Both the position numbers and the translations under genes were made by a program. The notes below the pieces were generated by a model, which was not told the DNA's origin, did no database searches, and saw only the letters and a list, made by a program, of their open reading frames with translations. From contig NZ_AP028907.1 of NCBI RefSeq assembly GCF_036323395.1, positions 690,001 to 722,000 on the forward strand: a DNA stretch of 32,000 nt. Reading direction: 5' to 3'. Numbering within the stretch: the stretch's first letter is position 1; every line of letters begins with the position of its first letter. Source of the DNA: Pyrodictium abyssi. GTDB taxonomy: Archaea > Thermoproteota > Thermoprotei_A > Sulfolobales > Pyrodictiaceae. Positions 7,075 to 14,926 of this stretch are shown piece after piece.

Positions 7075-8319
7075 ATGTCTACTGGGCTGTCCCGTATACT
7101 AGTCTCCGCTACTATACTACTAGCTATCGCTGCCCTAGGAATCGGCGCCGTGAGCGCTAAGGCCGAGCTTACCGAGACGCCACTGATAACTATCGGCGGC
7201 GATGGCGTTGTCACCGTAGAGGTGTGGGGCTCGGCGTCGCCGGGCCTAAACGAGTACCCAGCGCCAGCCCCAGCGATACCAGCTACGATAGAGGCGCGGC
7301 TGAACGGCGAACTACTCCCAGCCATATACACGGAGAACAGCATATACATTGCTACATCAGCGAGCGGCGACGTATACATACACTACATAGCGGACGTGGC
7401 CGAGGCCAACGGCGTACTAAAGTTCAACATAACGTACAATGGGCCCGTCAAGCTCTACATAAGCCCGGGAGTAGTCCTGCTTACACTCCCTCAGGGCTTT
7501 GTGAACGCTACCAGTGTCGACGGCTCCCTCATACTCTACATAAAGGGTCCAAGCACCATAGAATATACCCTAGTGTCCGCGCCAGTACAGCCAGCACCAG
7601 CAGCTACAACCACAGCAGCTACAGCTACGCAGGCTACACAACAGCCCGCCGAAACCACCACAACCACAACAGCTACAACCACGACCACAGCAACAACAAC
7701 TGAGACAAGCTACACAGAAACACCAACAGCCACCACGACGACCCAGACAACAACCACGACCACGACGGCTGCCACAACCCCGGCAGGAAAGGCTGAAGCC
7801 ACGACCACTACTCCGGCTAAAACCACGACAACCACTACCACTACGACCAAACAAGAGACCATAGAGACAACAACGGCCACGACAACAGCAACGGCAGCAG
7901 CTACCCCTACAGCCACAACGACACAGACGCCCACCGCGACACCTATTACAACACCACAGGAGAGCAAAGGCAGCTCAGTGCTACCACTGGTGGCCCTGGC
8001 CGCTATTGCGGCAGTAGTAGGCGGCCTTGTGGCACTTAGACGGAGCAATTTTCGTAGCAGGGGAAATAGCCCCGCCACAGAGCCCAGAGTAGTCTCAAGC
8101 ACCGTCCTCGACGAGGTGGACCGGCTGATAATCAGGAAGCTCGAGGAGCACGGTGGCTCGATGCTGCAGAGCCAGCTGCTGAGGGAGACCGGGATACCGA
8201 AGACCACGCTATGGAGGCACGTGAGGAGGCTAGCAGAGCAAGGCTACATAAGGATAGAGAAAGAGGGCAAGTCTAACAGGCTGACACTGCTAAAGAAGCC
8301 CGAGGAGGACCAGCACTAG
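7075..8319 (+). CDS. Single-pass membrane protein with four parts: N-terminal signal/anchor, extracellular beta-rich domain, Thr-rich stalk and transmembrane helix, and cytoplasmic C-terminal winged-helix DNA-binding domain
   Basis: 414 aa, with GGAGGGTGG 6 nt upstream of the ATG. The N-terminal hydrophobic segment is ILVSATILLAIAALGIGAVSA. The stalk (nt 7579-7962) has 68 Thr in 126 residues by my count. The transmembrane helix is SSVLPLVALAAIAAVVGGLVALRRS (7969-8040). The wHTH is LIIRKLEEHGGSMLQSQLLRETGIPKTTLWRHVRRLAEQGYIRIEKEGKSNRLTL (8101-8289). Confidence 0.85.
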   Translation: MSTGLSRILVSATILLAIAALGIGAVSAKAELTETPLITIGGDGVVTVEVWGSASPGLNEYPAPAPAIPATIEARLNGELLPAIYTENSIYIATSASGDVYIHYIADVAEANGVLKFNITYNGPVKLYISPGVVLLTLPQGFVNATSVDGSLILYIKGPSTIEYTLVSAPVQPAPAATTTAATATQATQQPAETTTTTTATTTTTATTTETSYTETPTATTTTQTTTTTTTAATTPAGKAEATTTTPAKTTTTTTTTTKQETIETTTATTTATAAATPTATTTQTPTATPITTPQESKGSSVLPLVALAAIAAVVGGLVALRRSNFRSRGNSPATEPRVVSSTVLDEVDRLIIRKLEEHGGSMLQSQLLRETGIPKTTLWRHVRRLAEQGYIRIEKEGKSNRLTLLKKPEEDQH

Positions 8320-8392
8320 CCCCTGGTGGCCCCGGGCCCAAGCGCTGAGCAGCTCCGGTTTTCCCCACCCAGGAGGGGTTGCTGGTGTCCTT

Positions 8393-9169
8393 CTAGCCCT
8401 TTGTCCCCTTCAACCTCTCTGGGAGGCTACATAGCTCTCCCGTCCTCTTCATGGCCCATGTCCCTATTAGTAGCGCATCTGCACCCGCCTCTGCGAGTCT
8501 AGCCGCCTTTTCGGCGCTGTCTATGCTGCTCTCTGCCACGAGGAGCGCGCTGGAGGGTTTCCGGGCTGCTGCCCTGGCTGTTTCTTCGAGGAGGCGCTGG
8601 TAGCTTATCTCTAGGGTCTCGAGGTTCCGCGCGTTTATACCGACTAGTGCCTCGGGGTAGCTGTTCATTGCCTCGACCGCGTCTTCTGCCCGGTGGGTCT
8701 CTATGAGCGCTTCTAGGCCTAGGCTTCTCGCCTCCTGGTAGAGCGTGTCGAGCTGCTTCCAGCCAAGCATGTCGAGTATGAGGAGTGCTGCTGAGGCGCC
8801 GGCGCGCTGGTACTGCTCTAGCTGGGCCCGCGACGAGGGGAAATCCTTGGCTACTACGGGGCGGTGCTGGGCGAAGAAGGCTACTAGCTCTAGGCTGCCG
8901 CAGAACCAGTAGGGCTCCACTAGCACCGAGTAGGCGTCCGCAACGGGTAGTGTCGCTTCCAGGTAGCTCCAGGGCGTATGGTAGGCTACGAAGCCTCGGG
9001 GGCTGCACCGCTTGTACTCGATTATCAGTGCTGGCCTCTTCTCCTGCCCTACGGCGCGCTCTACTGCTTGGCGGAGGCTCGTGGGCCTAGGGGGCGAGGC
9101 TAGTAGTTCTGTGCGCTTCCTGCTCCACCTGTAGGCCTCTGCTAGGAACCCACGCGGGAGGCGCTCCAT
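8393..9169 (-). CDS. trpC: Indole-3-glycerol-phosphate synthase
   Basis: 258 aa. Motifs LIIEYKRCSPRG, VAKDF, LLILDML, IETH, VGINARNLETL, AESSI and LLIG match IGPS. It is the last gene of the tightly packed trp operon. Confidence 0.9.
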   Translation of the reverse strand: MERLPRGFLAEAYRWSRKRTELLASPPRPTSLRQAVERAVGQEKRPALIIEYKRCSPRGFVAYHTPWSYLEATLPVADAYSVLVEPYWFCGSLELVAFFAQHRPVVAKDFPSSRAQLEQYQRAGASAALLILDMLGWKQLDTLYQEARSLGLEALIETHRAEDAVEAMNSYPEALVGINARNLETLEISYQRLLEETARAAARKPSSALLVAESSIDSAEKAARLAEAGADALLIGTWAMKRTGELCSLPERLKGTKG

Positions 9170-9181
9170 GTTCTCCGGGCC

Positions 9182-9772
9182 TCACCATGGGTTGTCTAGG
9201 AAGTTGCGTAGTATCCTGGGCCCGGTTGGCGAGGCCACGCTCTCGGGGTGGAACTGCACACCGTGGACGGGGTATTCGACGTGCCTTAGCCCCATTATCT
9301 CGCCGTCGCTCCGGCTCCGGGCTGTGACCTCTAGGTGCACTGGCGGATCGTAGACGACTAGGCTGTGGTACCTCACTGCTGTGAAGACCCGGGGCACGCC
9401 GTGGTAGAGCCGGCCGCCGTAGTGCTCTATCTCGTCTAGCTTGCCGTGCATTATCCGGCGGGCGCGGCGTATCTTGGCTCCGTAGGCTACCCCGACCACC
9501 TGGTGGCCCATGCATACGCCTAGTATCGGGATCCTGGGGCCTAGGCGGCGCACCAGCTCTATCGAGATGCCTACGTCGCGTTTTACCAGCGGGTTGCCCG
9601 GGCCCGGCGATATTATGATCCGGTCCGGGTTTATCCTCTCGACGCCGGAGACTGTTATCTCGTCGTTCCTCACCACTATGCTGCGCGCGCCCTGCTCCGC
9701 GAGGACGTGTACTAGGTTGTAGACGAAGCTGTCGTAGTTGTCTATTATGAGTACGAGCGTGTCGTAGGCCAT
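9182..9772 (-). CDS. trpG: Anthranilate synthase component II (glutamine amidotransferase)
   Basis: 196 aa. Signatures are LIIDNYDSFVYNLV, the catalytic GVCMGHQ and FHPES. Confidence 0.95.
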   Translation of the reverse strand: MAYDTLVLIIDNYDSFVYNLVHVLAEQGARSIVVRNDEITVSGVERINPDRIIISPGPGNPLVKRDVGISIELVRRLGPRIPILGVCMGHQVVGVAYGAKIRRARRIMHGKLDEIEHYGGRLYHGVPRVFTAVRYHSLVVYDPPVHLEVTARSRSDGEIMGLRHVEYPVHGVQFHPESVASPTGPRILRNFLDNPW

Positions 9773-9784
9773 GGCTCCCGGCCT

Positions 9785-11080
9785 CTATCCTTCCACGCCT
9801 AGGGCGCGGCGTATCGCTGCAAGCTTGTGCCTCGTCTCCATGTACTCGCGCTCGGGGCTGGAGTCGTACACTATGCCGGCGCCGGCCCGTGTCTCGACCG
9901 TCGAGTCGTCTATGCTCCATATGCTTCTTATCACTATGGCTGTCTCGCCAGCGTAGCCAGCGTAGACTCCCGCCGCGCCAGCGTAGGGGCCCCGGGGGCT
10001 GTCCTCGAGGCGCGCAATAGTCTCCATGGCGCGTGGCTTCGGGGCGCCGGAGACCGTGCCCGCCGGGTTGACGGCTGCTAGGACTGTCGCGTAGTCTACG
10101 CCGGGCTGCGCTACCGCCTCTACGCGGCTCACTATGTGCTGTACTGCGCTGTACTTCTCCACGTCCATGAACCTTGTGACCCTCACTGTGCCGGGGGCCG
10201 CGTAGCGGCCCAGGTCGTTGCGGGCCAGGTCTACTAGCATGAGGTGCTCTGCCTGCTCCTTCTCGTCGTGGAGCAGCTCCTCCTCGAGCGCAAGGTCCTC
10301 CTCCGGCGTCTTGCCGCGGGGCCTCGTGCCGGCTATCGGGTGTGTTTCCAGCCGCCCGTTCTCCATCCTCACTAGGAGCTCTGGGCTAGACCCGGCTATC
10401 CAGCGCTCCCCGAGCCTCATGTAGAACATGTAGGGCGATGGGTTGCCGTCGGCGAGCCGGCTATAGAGCGCGATGGGCTCCTCCTTGTACTCGTAGCGCT
10501 CGAAGCGGGAGAGCACTACCTGGAGGAACTCGCCCCTCGCTAGAAGCTCTATCGCCTCCCGGACCCAGGCCTCGAACGTGCTACGCGGCGTCTCCTCGAC
10601 CGGGCCGCGGGCCACGGCCCACCCGTCTACGCCGCGTTCACCCGTCTCGGCGTCGCCGGGGCAGACCGTGGCGTGGCCCCGGGCGTTGTCGTAGACTACA
10701 AGGGTCTCGGGCTGGAAGACCGCCACTACGGGCCACGTGTGCTGCTTCAGCATGGGTGCTAGCCAGGGCTCGGTAGCCGCCACCGCCTCGTAGCCGACGA
10801 CGCCGAACACCATGTCCCGGCACGGTATGCTAGTACACTCGCCGCTGGCGAGCCTGCGTAACGCGTCGTAGGCTTCCAGGGGGTTGCGCTCCTCCACGAC
10901 ACGGCGGGCGCCGTAGGCCACTATCGTGTAGCGGGCTTTCTCGCTGGGCCCGGTACCGCTCTCAAGGAGCGCGACGTACCCTGTGTGCTCCTCTGCCCAT
11001 GCTGCGAGGCGGCGGGGCTCTGGCGCCCTCGAGATGGGTATGCGGCGGCAGTCCTGCCACATGGAGTCTGCTAGCTGCAC
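9785..11080 (-). CDS. trpE: Anthranilate synthase component I
   Basis: 431 aa with a GTG start; an alternative ATG is at 11062. Signatures are LLESGTG, SPELLV, GTVSGAPKPRAME and GPYAGAAGY. Confidence 0.95.
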   Translation of the reverse strand: MQLADSMWQDCRRIPISRAPEPRRLAAWAEEHTGYVALLESGTGPSEKARYTIVAYGARRVVEERNPLEAYDALRRLASGECTSIPCRDMVFGVVGYEAVAATEPWLAPMLKQHTWPVVAVFQPETLVVYDNARGHATVCPGDAETGERGVDGWAVARGPVEETPRSTFEAWVREAIELLARGEFLQVVLSRFERYEYKEEPIALYSRLADGNPSPYMFYMRLGERWIAGSSPELLVRMENGRLETHPIAGTRPRGKTPEEDLALEEELLHDEKEQAEHLMLVDLARNDLGRYAAPGTVRVTRFMDVEKYSAVQHIVSRVEAVAQPGVDYATVLAAVNPAGTVSGAPKPRAMETIARLEDSPRGPYAGAAGVYAGYAGETAIVIRSIWSIDDSTVETRAGAGIVYDSSPEREYMETRHKLAAIRRALGVEG

Positions 11081-11742
11081 CCCGCGAGCACCTCTACCAG
11101 TTGTTTCACCTTCCCTGGGTCCTTACGGCCAGGCTCGGCTTCGACACCGCTGCTCACGTCGATCATGTAGACCCCGGTGGAGGCTACTAGGCAGGCGTTG
11201 CTCGCGTCTATGCCCCCGGCTGCTGCCGCCCTCCGTGTACATGCCGCCGCGCGGCGGTAGGCTTCCAGGGGGACTCGTAGCCCTGCCTCGTAGCGCCTCC
11301 CTAGCCCCTTCACAGCGTCTACAAGGAGGTACTCGTGGCTAGGCACGGTCTCCGCCGCGGTGCAGGGGTCGGGGCTGAGCTTTTCGCCGTCCCATAGCGC
11401 GACGGGTGCCAGCGCTACGCCTAGCTCGTCTAGGCCTGCTTTGAGCTCCTCTAGCTCCGCTGGGCCGGCGGGCTGGTGGTACTGCAGCACGTGGAACACC
11501 TCTAGCCTAGCCGCCAGGTCTATGGCCTCGTGGACGCTGTAGCCGTGGGCTACGAGGACGCGCCGGCTCCTCGACACGGTCTCTGCGAGGCTGCGGGCTT
11601 CGCCGGGCTCGAGCACCCTTGGCGTCACCCTGGTCTTTGCGACTATGAAGCCTAGGTAGTCTGTTAGCCCGTCCAGCGTCTCGACATCGCCTCTACGCGT
11701 GAGCCCGCATATCTTCAGCTTTGGCCGCAGCATTGCTGGCAT
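11071..11742 (-). CDS. trpF: Phosphoribosylanthranilate isomerase
   Basis: 223 aa. The N-terminus KLKICGLTRRGD and the TIM-barrel PRAI pattern are present. The gene overlaps the trpD 3' end; an alternative ATG is at 11733. Confidence 0.9.
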   Translation of the reverse strand: MPAMLRPKLKICGLTRRGDVETLDGLTDYLGFIVAKTRVTPRVLEPGEARSLAETVSRSRRVLVAHGYSVHEAIDLAARLEVFHVLQYHQPAGPAELEELKAGLDELGVALAPVALWDGEKLSPDPCTAAETVPSHEYLLVDAVKGLGRRYEAGLRVPLEAYRRAAACTRRAAAAGGIDASNACLVASTGVYMIDVSSGVEAEPGRKDPGKVKQLVEVLAGCS

Positions 11743-12773
11743 GCCTCGCGGAGGCTGTCTATGAGCATGGCTACCCTGCCCTCGCTGAGCGCCTGCACCG
11801 CTGCCTCGGCTCCGTCGCGTAGACTCTTCACCCGGCCCGCAGCGTAGAGGGCAGCCGCGGCGTTGGCCGCTACGAAGTCGCGGTCGCTAGGCCTCCCACC
11901 GCCGCGGGCTACTGCTAGGAACCGCTCGACGCTCTCCTCTGGCGTCTCTATCCGGAGCTCCTTGAGGCTGTACCGCTTCAGGCCCAGGTCCTCTGGCTCT
12001 ATCGTGTACTTCTCTAGGGTGCCCTTGTTTAGCTCGTATATAGTGGTCCTACCGGATACGCTCACCTCGTCTATCCCCGGCTCGCCGTGGACTACTAGGA
12101 GCCTCTCGTAGCCAAGCATACTGCCCGCTGAGGCCATGACCTCGAGTAGTTCTGGCCGTGCTACGCCGAGCACCTGGCGGCGGACGCCGCCCGGGTTCGC
12201 GAGGGGGCCGACGAGGTTGAACACTGTCCTTATGCCGAGCCGGCGGCGAACCGGCATAACCCTCTTCATTGCCGGGTGGTAGCGGGGCGCGTAGAGGAAG
12301 GCGAAGCCCGCGCGCCTCAGCATACACTCTGCCTCGCGTGGGCCATGGTCTATCCTGTAGCCCAGCGCTTCGAGGAAGTCCGCGCTTCCGCTACGGCTGC
12401 TTACGCTCCGGTTGCCGTGCTTTAGGACAGGGACTCCGAGGCTCGCTGCTACCAGCGCTGCCGCGGTCGAGGCGTTCAGGGTGTGCGAGCCGTCGCCGCC
12501 GGTGCCAGCCGTGTCGACCGGGTCTAGGCCAGCAGTGTCCACCTTTTCGCATGCATCGCGGAGCGCTGTGGCGAAGCCTGCTACTATGTCTGCTGTCTCC
12601 CCGTAGGCACGGAGAGCCACTAGTATAGCTGCTATCGCTGTATCGTCTAGCTCACCGCTCAGCATAGCCGCTGCTATCTTCTTGGCATCGTCGAAGCCTA
12701 TGCCAGTCCCTGTTAGTAGAGCCTCTAGTATCCTGGGCAGGTCTATGCCCGTGGATGCCACCTGGGGGCTCAC
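11715..12773 (-). CDS. trpD: Anthranilate phosphoribosyltransferase
   Basis: 352 aa. Signatures are DTAGTGGDG, KHGNRSVSS and FNLVGPLANP. GTG 12773 overlaps the trpB stop (GTGA). The alternative GTG 12761 lies 9 nt after GGAGGTG. Confidence 0.95.
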   Translation of the reverse strand: MSPQVASTGIDLPRILEALLTGTGIGFDDAKKIAAAMLSGELDDTAIAAILVALRAYGETADIVAGFATALRDACEKVDTAGLDPVDTAGTGGDGSHTLNASTAAALVAASLGVPVLKHGNRSVSSRSGSADFLEALGYRIDHGPREAECMLRRAGFAFLYAPRYHPAMKRVMPVRRRLGIRTVFNLVGPLANPGGVRRQVLGVARPELLEVMASAGSMLGYERLLVVHGEPGIDEVSVSGRTTIYELNKGTLEKYTIEPEDLGLKRYSLKELRIETPEESVERFLAVARGGGRPSDRDFVAANAAAALYAAGRVKSLRDGAEAAVQALSEGRVAMLIDSLREACQQCCGQS

Positions 12774-14071
12774 CTCCTTGCGTTAGCCGGCTCGGGCACC
12801 TGGCCGTCGACTATCCTTGAGCTAATCTTCTCGTAGGCGTCAATGTCCATTAGCCCGTGGCCGCTCAGATTGAAAACTATGACAGAGCCTGGCTCGGCGC
12901 GGCGAGCAACATCGATGGCCGCCTTTATTGCGTGGGTGCTCTCCGGCGCCGGGAGTATGGCCTCCGCCCGGGCGAAGATACGGGCTGCCTCGAAGACCTC
13001 CTCTTGGCTGTAGGCCGCTGCTTCTACCAGGCCTAGCTTCCTTAGGAGCGATAGGCTCGGGGCTGCGCCGTGGTAGCGGAGCCCGGCAGCGTGGATAGGC
13101 GGCGGCACGTAGTCCTTGCCGAGGCTGTACATCCTAGCCAGGGGGAGTACTAGCCCCGTGTCGAGGCCGTCGTAGCGGTATGTGCCCTTGCTGAGCCGGG
13201 GTGCTGCAGTGGACTCTGCCGCTATGAACTGTGTCTTGTCGAAGCCTTCGCCGCGTAGCCGCATGCCCAGCGCCGGGTAGGTGAACCCGGCCATGTTGCT
13301 GCCGCCGCCGACGCATGCTATCATGTAGTCTGGCTCCTCGGGGAGCTGCTGGAGGAGCTCCTGGCCTATCACTGTCTGGTGCGTGACCACGCTCTCGAGC
13401 ACAGAGCCGGCGACGTAGCGGCGCCGGGGGTTCTCGAGGACGTACTCAATAGCCTCCGTTATTGCTAGGCCTAGGCTGCCAGGGTGGTCGGGGCGCTCCC
13501 GTAGCGCCCGCCGGCCGGCCTCCGTCACTGTGCTGGGGCTGGGGTGCACCGTGGCGCCTAGCGCCTGCATGGCTATGCGGCGGGGCTTCTTCTTCTCGTA
13601 GCTGCTCCTCGTCATGAACACTGTAGCCTTGAGGCCAAGCATCGCCGCAGCCATAGACACCGCGAGGCCCCACTGGCCTGCCCCAGTCTCGGTGGCCACC
13701 TCCTCGGCGCCGTCGAGGAGGGCATAGTAGACCTGTGGCACAGCCGTGTTGAGCTTATGGCTGCCCGTGGGCAGCACGCCCTCGTACTTGTAGTATATCC
13801 GTGCCCTACCGTGGACGCCGATCGCCTTCTCAAGGCCCTCAGCGCGTATGAGCGGGGTAGGCCGGCCAGCCTTCCTGTAGGCTTCGCGGACGCGCTCGGG
13901 TATCGGTATGAGCCGGCTGAGCGTATACTCCTCGTCTATCAGCCTGGACGGCAGTATCTTGACAAGCAGCGCTATCCTCGAGTCCTCGTCCTCCAGGGGG
14001 TCTAGGAGCGGCGGCAGCGGTACGGGCAGGTCGGCTACTATGTTGTACCAGTAGCGGGGCACATCCACCAT
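12770..14071 (-). CDS. trpB: Tryptophan synthase beta chain, long TrpB2-type
   Basis: 433 aa. Signatures are GSHKLNTA (PLP lysine context), GGGSNMAG and LSGHGLMD. The length and HKLNTA motif fit the TrpB2 class rather than canonical TrpB1. Confidence 0.95.
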   Translation of the reverse strand: MVDVPRYWYNIVADLPVPLPPLLDPLEDEDSRIALLVKILPSRLIDEEYTLSRLIPIPERVREAYRKAGRPTPLIRAEGLEKAIGVHGRARIYYKYEGVLPTGSHKLNTAVPQVYYALLDGAEEVATETGAGQWGLAVSMAAAMLGLKATVFMTRSSYEKKKPRRIAMQALGATVHPSPSTVTEAGRRALRERPDHPGSLGLAITEAIEYVLENPRRRYVAGSVLESVVTHQTVIGQELLQQLPEEPDYMIACVGGGSNMAGFTYPALGMRLRGEGFDKTQFIAAESTAAPRLSKGTYRYDGLDTGLVLPLARMYSLGKDYVPPPIHAAGLRYHGAAPSLSLLRKLGLVEAAAYSQEEVFEAARIFARAEAILPAPESTHAIKAAIDVARRAEPGSVIVFNLSGHGLMDIDAYEKISSRIVDGQVPEPANARR

Positions 14072-14078
14072 CGCATCC

Positions 14079-14846
14079 TCACCCCTCGCCGTGGCTTGTC
14101 TTCGCAGAGTGTACGGCCTGGTGGATGCTGCAGGCCAGGCTCCTGGCTTCGTCGACGCCTTTCTCCTCTATGAGCCGTAGGATCGCCGAGCCGACTACCA
14201 CCGCGTCAGCGCCGCTACGGATCAACGCTGCTGCTGTCTCGGGCCGGCGTATCGCGAACCCTGTGAGCAGGTACCGGCTGCCGACCAGCATTCTGGCTAG
14301 CTTGACGTTCTTCTCCACTGCTATCGGCAGCTCGACTCCTGTGGCTGGCTGTAGGCCTAGGTAGATGTAGAGAGGGTCTAGCGCAGCGTAGCGCTGGAGC
14401 CAGCTGTGGGGGAACCTGCTGGAGGCAAAGAAGCAGGGCCTTAGCCCGGCCCGCTCGCTCTCCTCCACATACTTGTCGAGCATCTCTGGGTAGTCGAAAG
14501 CCAAGTCGGGTAGCAGTACGCAGCCAGCGCCCACAGAGGCTGCCGCCTCGAGCAGCCCGCGGAGGCTGTCCACGTAGTCCTCCATGTAGGCCATCAGGGT
14601 GAACGGCTTGTCTATGCCCGTCTTCTCTAGGAGCTTTAGCGTCTCGACGCCCCGTAGCCCTGCTGCGACTACGCGGCGGTGGCTAGCACGCACCGTCGGC
14701 CCGTCGTACTTTGGCCTCGCCGTTGGCAGCCCCAGCTCGTAGAAGTCTACACAGCTGGAGAGGCTCCCGAGGATCTGGGAGAACCGGGCCGGCTCGGGGA
14801 ACCCTATGGTGAGGTATACGCTGAACCCCGGCCGGCTTAACTCCAT
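14079..14846 (-). CDS. trpA: Tryptophan synthase alpha chain
   Basis: The start is set at ATG 14846 (MELSRPGFSVYLTIGFPEP...ELGLPTARPKYDGPTV). The longer GTG 14906 start would lie between the TATA box (14918-14925) and the expected transcription start. Confidence 0.9.
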   Translation of the reverse strand: MELSRPGFSVYLTIGFPEPARFSQILGSLSSCVDFYELGLPTARPKYDGPTVRASHRRVVAAGLRGVETLKLLEKTGIDKPFTLMAYMEDYVDSLRGLLEAAASVGAGCVLLPDLAFDYPEMLDKYVEESERAGLRPCFFASSRFPHSWLQRYAALDPLYIYLGLQPATGVELPIAVEKNVKLARMLVGSRYLLTGFAIRRPETAAALIRSGADAVVVGSAILRLIEEKGVDEARSLACSIHQAVHSAKTSHGEG

Positions 14847-14900
14847 TGGCAGGACATCACTCCCACTCCTCCGCCAGGAGGCTTGTCCAGGGCTAGTCCG

Positions 14901-14925
14901 GCCCACTGGACTCCCACTATAAAAG
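14901..14925 (-). promoter_or_regulatory. trp operon promoter: TATA box flanked by a hexamer direct repeat
   Basis: The plus strand reads GCCCAC(14901-14906)-tggac-TCCCAC(14912-14917)-TATAAAAG(14918-14925). On the coding (minus) strand this is CTTTTATA-GTGGGA-gtcca-GTGGGC. The TATA box starts 1 nt after the upstream gene's stop codon. A third GTGGGA lies at 14861-14866 in the leader. Confidence 0.5.
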
Positions 14926-14926
14926 C

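Noticed and set aside
6924-7379. 151-aa minus-strand ORF overlapping the start of the wHTH membrane protein gene.
   Set aside because: It is antisense to a well-supported gene with an SD-like site and a signal sequence. The translation is Ala/Ser/Pro-rich with no recognisable motif.
7224-8207. Alternative-frame and antisense ORFs across the Thr-rich stalk region (7224-7703+, 7570-7854-, 7710-8207-).
   Set aside because: They are products of the ACN-repeat composition. Poly-Val/Cys/Gly or His/Asn-rich strings are not credible proteins.
8499-11342. Arg/Pro/Gly-rich ORFs in other frames of the trp genes (8499-9008-, 8785-9090+, 9087-9920-, 10438-10776+, 10983-11342+). Similar ones lie inside the aro genes (18902-19363-, 22946-23563-, 24324-24815-).
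   Set aside because: These are typical high-GC off-frame artefacts. Each is fully contained in or overlaps a gene with unambiguous family motifs.
14847-14906. Longer trpA start at GTG 14906, adding MGRTSPGQASWRRSGSDVLP.
   Set aside because: It lies only 12 nt downstream of the TATA box, upstream of where transcription should begin. The extension has no similarity to TrpA N-termini.
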